Positions 61,651 through 64,000 of a DNA stretch of 64,000 nt are shown in pieces. The stretch spans positions 3,280,401 to 3,344,400 of the forward strand of contig MU004231.1 of the NCBI GenBank assembly GCA_010405405.1. The letters run 5' to 3'. The stretch's first letter is position 1; every line of letters begins with the position of its first letter. Source of the stretch: Microthyrium microscopicum. Lineage: Eukaryota. The position numbers were made by a program, and so were the translations under genes. Under the pieces are notes generated by a model, which saw nothing but the letters and a program-made list of their open reading frames with translations, did not search any database and was not told the origin of the DNA.

Positions 61651-62234
61651 TGACGGCTCATAACGGCCACCCTAGCCACTTTACTAAAATCCAAAATCTA
61701 AAAATCTATATGTTTACAAATTAATTATTTATACTATAAAGAGCCTAAATTTAAGGATTCTAAAGAAGCTAATTAGTAAGTTGAATTTTTCTGTATTTTT
61801 TTAATATCTTAAAATATTATATCTATATGTTTTGATAAGAGTAGTTAAACTTCAAAATTATTAATGTTTTTTGCTTTTTAATAAAAAGGGGAGCTTAATA
61901 GAGATACCTTTTTGCCTACTAAGTTAGTGAGATAGACCTTCCCTAAATTAGTGGTAGACCTTACTAAATTAGTAGCTCTTCTTTCTACCTTATGTAATCC
62001 TAAAATACTAAAAACAAGTCGCATATTTCTTAAATTAAAGATTTAACTTTAATAACTATAATTAAATAGACCTTTCTAGTTCTTAAAAATTAAGCAAAAA
62101 TCAACTTGCTATTTAGCTTCTTCAGAATATCTAAATATGTGCTAGTTTTGGTGTAATAATTGCCTTTACATTTCTATGTTTGTTGTACTTTTTGGTTTTG
62201 TTGAAGTGGCCAGGGTGGCCGTTATGAGCCGTCA
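61651..62234. mobile_element. Non-autonomous TIR DNA element, 584 bp, 31-bp TIRs (30/31 match), TA flanks, AT-rich RIP-like interior
   Basis: tgacggctcataacggccaccctagccactt (61651-61681) versus 62204-62234 reverse-complemented (…cctggcc…). TA at 61649-61650 and 62235-62236. The interior is abruptly AT/TpA-rich with no ORF. Confidence 0.85.
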
Positions 62235-62443
62235 TAACTAGTCTGTGGCTTGGATTCAGCCACAAGCCTACATTTGCTGATCCTGTCCTGGCTTTGAACT
62301 TTCGCGTCGTTCTACAAACACTCTCTCCAAAGCTGAAGAGCTTTACGTTGTACTGTTTCTTGAATGGCATGCATTGTACTGCCAATTACTGTCGCTGACG
62401 AATAGCAATGGTGCTTTAGAATGCTCTCTGTCAATGATTCAAT

Positions 62444-64000
62444 ATGTTTCGCCATCGGCCACTTCACTCGCTTTCCACGTGCATACGCAAAGACATCCTT
62501 AGCGAGCAAGGCTCACAATTGAGGCCGTTCTCCCACTCTACAGGCGCTATGAAGAGTCATGGTAAGGCTCTATCTCCAGCCTCTGTTTGCCTCCCTGACA
62601 GTTGAGATTGGAACTACCAAGATGAACTCTTTCAGTTTACCCGCGGCCGGTTTCTCTACAACGAGAGAAAGCAGTTTCTGCAACGAGAAGTGCGATTTGA
62701 TATGAACAAGCTTGCTCAAATCGCCGTTGAACTTCTCGGGGCTCAACGATGCGAACAAATCCAAAAGTTCCCGGACGGTCTGTTCAATAAGGCATATCTC
62801 TTCACCATGGACGACGGACAGGAGATTGTTGGCAAAGTTCCCAACCCAAACGCTGGAATTGCGCACTATACTACTGCAAGCGAAGTAGCAACACTGGACT
62901 TTGTAAGTCAATGCTGGTCCAGAATTGCTTACGTGCTAACTAGTCTCGAGGTACGAAACACGCTGAATATTCCAGCCCCCAGAGTTCTAGGATGGAGTTC
63001 CCATTCTGCGAACAATCCCGTCGGAGTGGAGTACATTCTGATGGAGAAGGTAGCTGGAGTGCCATTGGAGCCGTTCTGGAGAGTATTGAAGCCCGTGAAG
63101 AAGTTGGAGGTGTTCATGAAGATATTTGAATACCAAAAGCGACTTTCGGGTGTTGTATTTCCTCGAATCGGCAGTCTTTATTACGCAAGTGACCTAAGTA
63201 CTTTCGACCAGGCACCGCCACTTGTCGTCAAAGTCAACGGAGAACCGCTCGAGCTGTCAAACTTCTCGATTGGTCCGACCGTCGGTCAGGGGTGGTTCTC
63301 TGACGGTCGAGAGACATTGGGCTTCCAAGAGGGGCCATGTACGTTCAGATAACCTTTTTGTTGGTCTAAAATACTCACAAGTGGGTAGGGGCTGATGTGC
63401 TGGAGTACAGAAGAGCAATCGCATCACGAGAACTGCACTGCATTCGTGAACTACACGCACGCAAGCCGATGCAGATGATCTGCGGCCCAAAATTATATCA
63501 ACCAACGTCAGCAAGGAAGGTCAAGGCGTTGGAACTCTTTCAGGCGTGGCTTCCGAAACTCATTCCTGCATCTCAACCAGAACTGCTGGAGGCTTATCTG
63601 TGGCACAATGATCTGCATGCAGAGAACATCTTGGTAAACCCCGAAAAGCCGACGGAAATTATGGGTATCATTGACTGGCAATCGACCGAAATCGCACCTC
63701 TGTTTGAGCTTCGAACAGCTCCAAGCTTCCTTGGCTATGAAGGGCCGGCCATAGACGACAAACTGGAGGCCCCTGTTCTCGATAAAGAGAGCGTGAACTC
63801 GGCTGAAGAAAATGCTCGAGTGATTAAACAGCACAATGACTCGGCGATCATGACTGCATGGTTAAGACTCTTGAAAAAGAAGGATCCCAAGCAGTATCAA
63901 GCGTATCGCTTCCAACAAACAATGCCAGGAACAATTCTTCACATATCTCAGAATATCTTTGAGATGGGAGAGGCACACCTGCTGAGTTTTCTCCTTCAAC
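62444..64000 (+). CDS. Aminoglycoside-phosphotransferase (APH)/AIM9-like kinase-fold protein, truncated by the window end; introns 62562-62606, 62903-62950, 63339-63388
   Basis: LFQFTRGRFLYNE, KFPDGLFNKAYLFTMDDG, TTASEVATLDF, NPVGVEYILMEKVAGV and catalytic LWHNDLHAENILV...GIIDWQ. Start is uncertain (62444 or 62549). Confidence 0.88.

Noticed and set aside
1..64000. tRNA genes (inspected several GTTCGA-type T-loop words)
   Set aside because: None had a cloverleaf context by eye; tRNAscan-SE would be needed to exclude them formally.

Overview
This is intron-rich genomic DNA from a filamentous ascomycete (Pezizomycotina), with GT..AG introns of about 45-60 nt and CTAAC/CTGAC branch points. The left half (0-35 kb) is dense with housekeeping genes: a GDT1-family transporter, a 3-exon metallothionein that the ORF track misses, a Slk19/TACC-like protein, an HSL-family hydrolase, a STRAP-like WD40 protein, CDC37, MDL1, DOA10 and a large KDEL-terminated repeat protein. 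The right half is gene-poor. It holds about 10 kb with no intact gene upstream of a duplicated-domain putative regulator that has a complex 5' exon structure, plus a decayed HET-like relic, a conserved hypothetical gene, a 4-Cys microprotein, a thiolase-like gene, two abutting TA-flanked TIR elements (one intact MITE and one RIP-like AT-rich element), and an APH/AIM9-like gene running off the end. The most notable unexplained signals are: (1) a 133-nt hairpin at 35155-35287 in which all six transition mismatches are G.U pairs on the + strand, a candidate structured or milRNA-like RNA; (2) a possible 25-nt exon that switches start codons in the 46-50 kb gene; (3) two consecutive introns that appear to need rare GAG acceptors; (4) the paired transposons sharing one TA. 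Family names come from motif recognition only, and no database searches were run.
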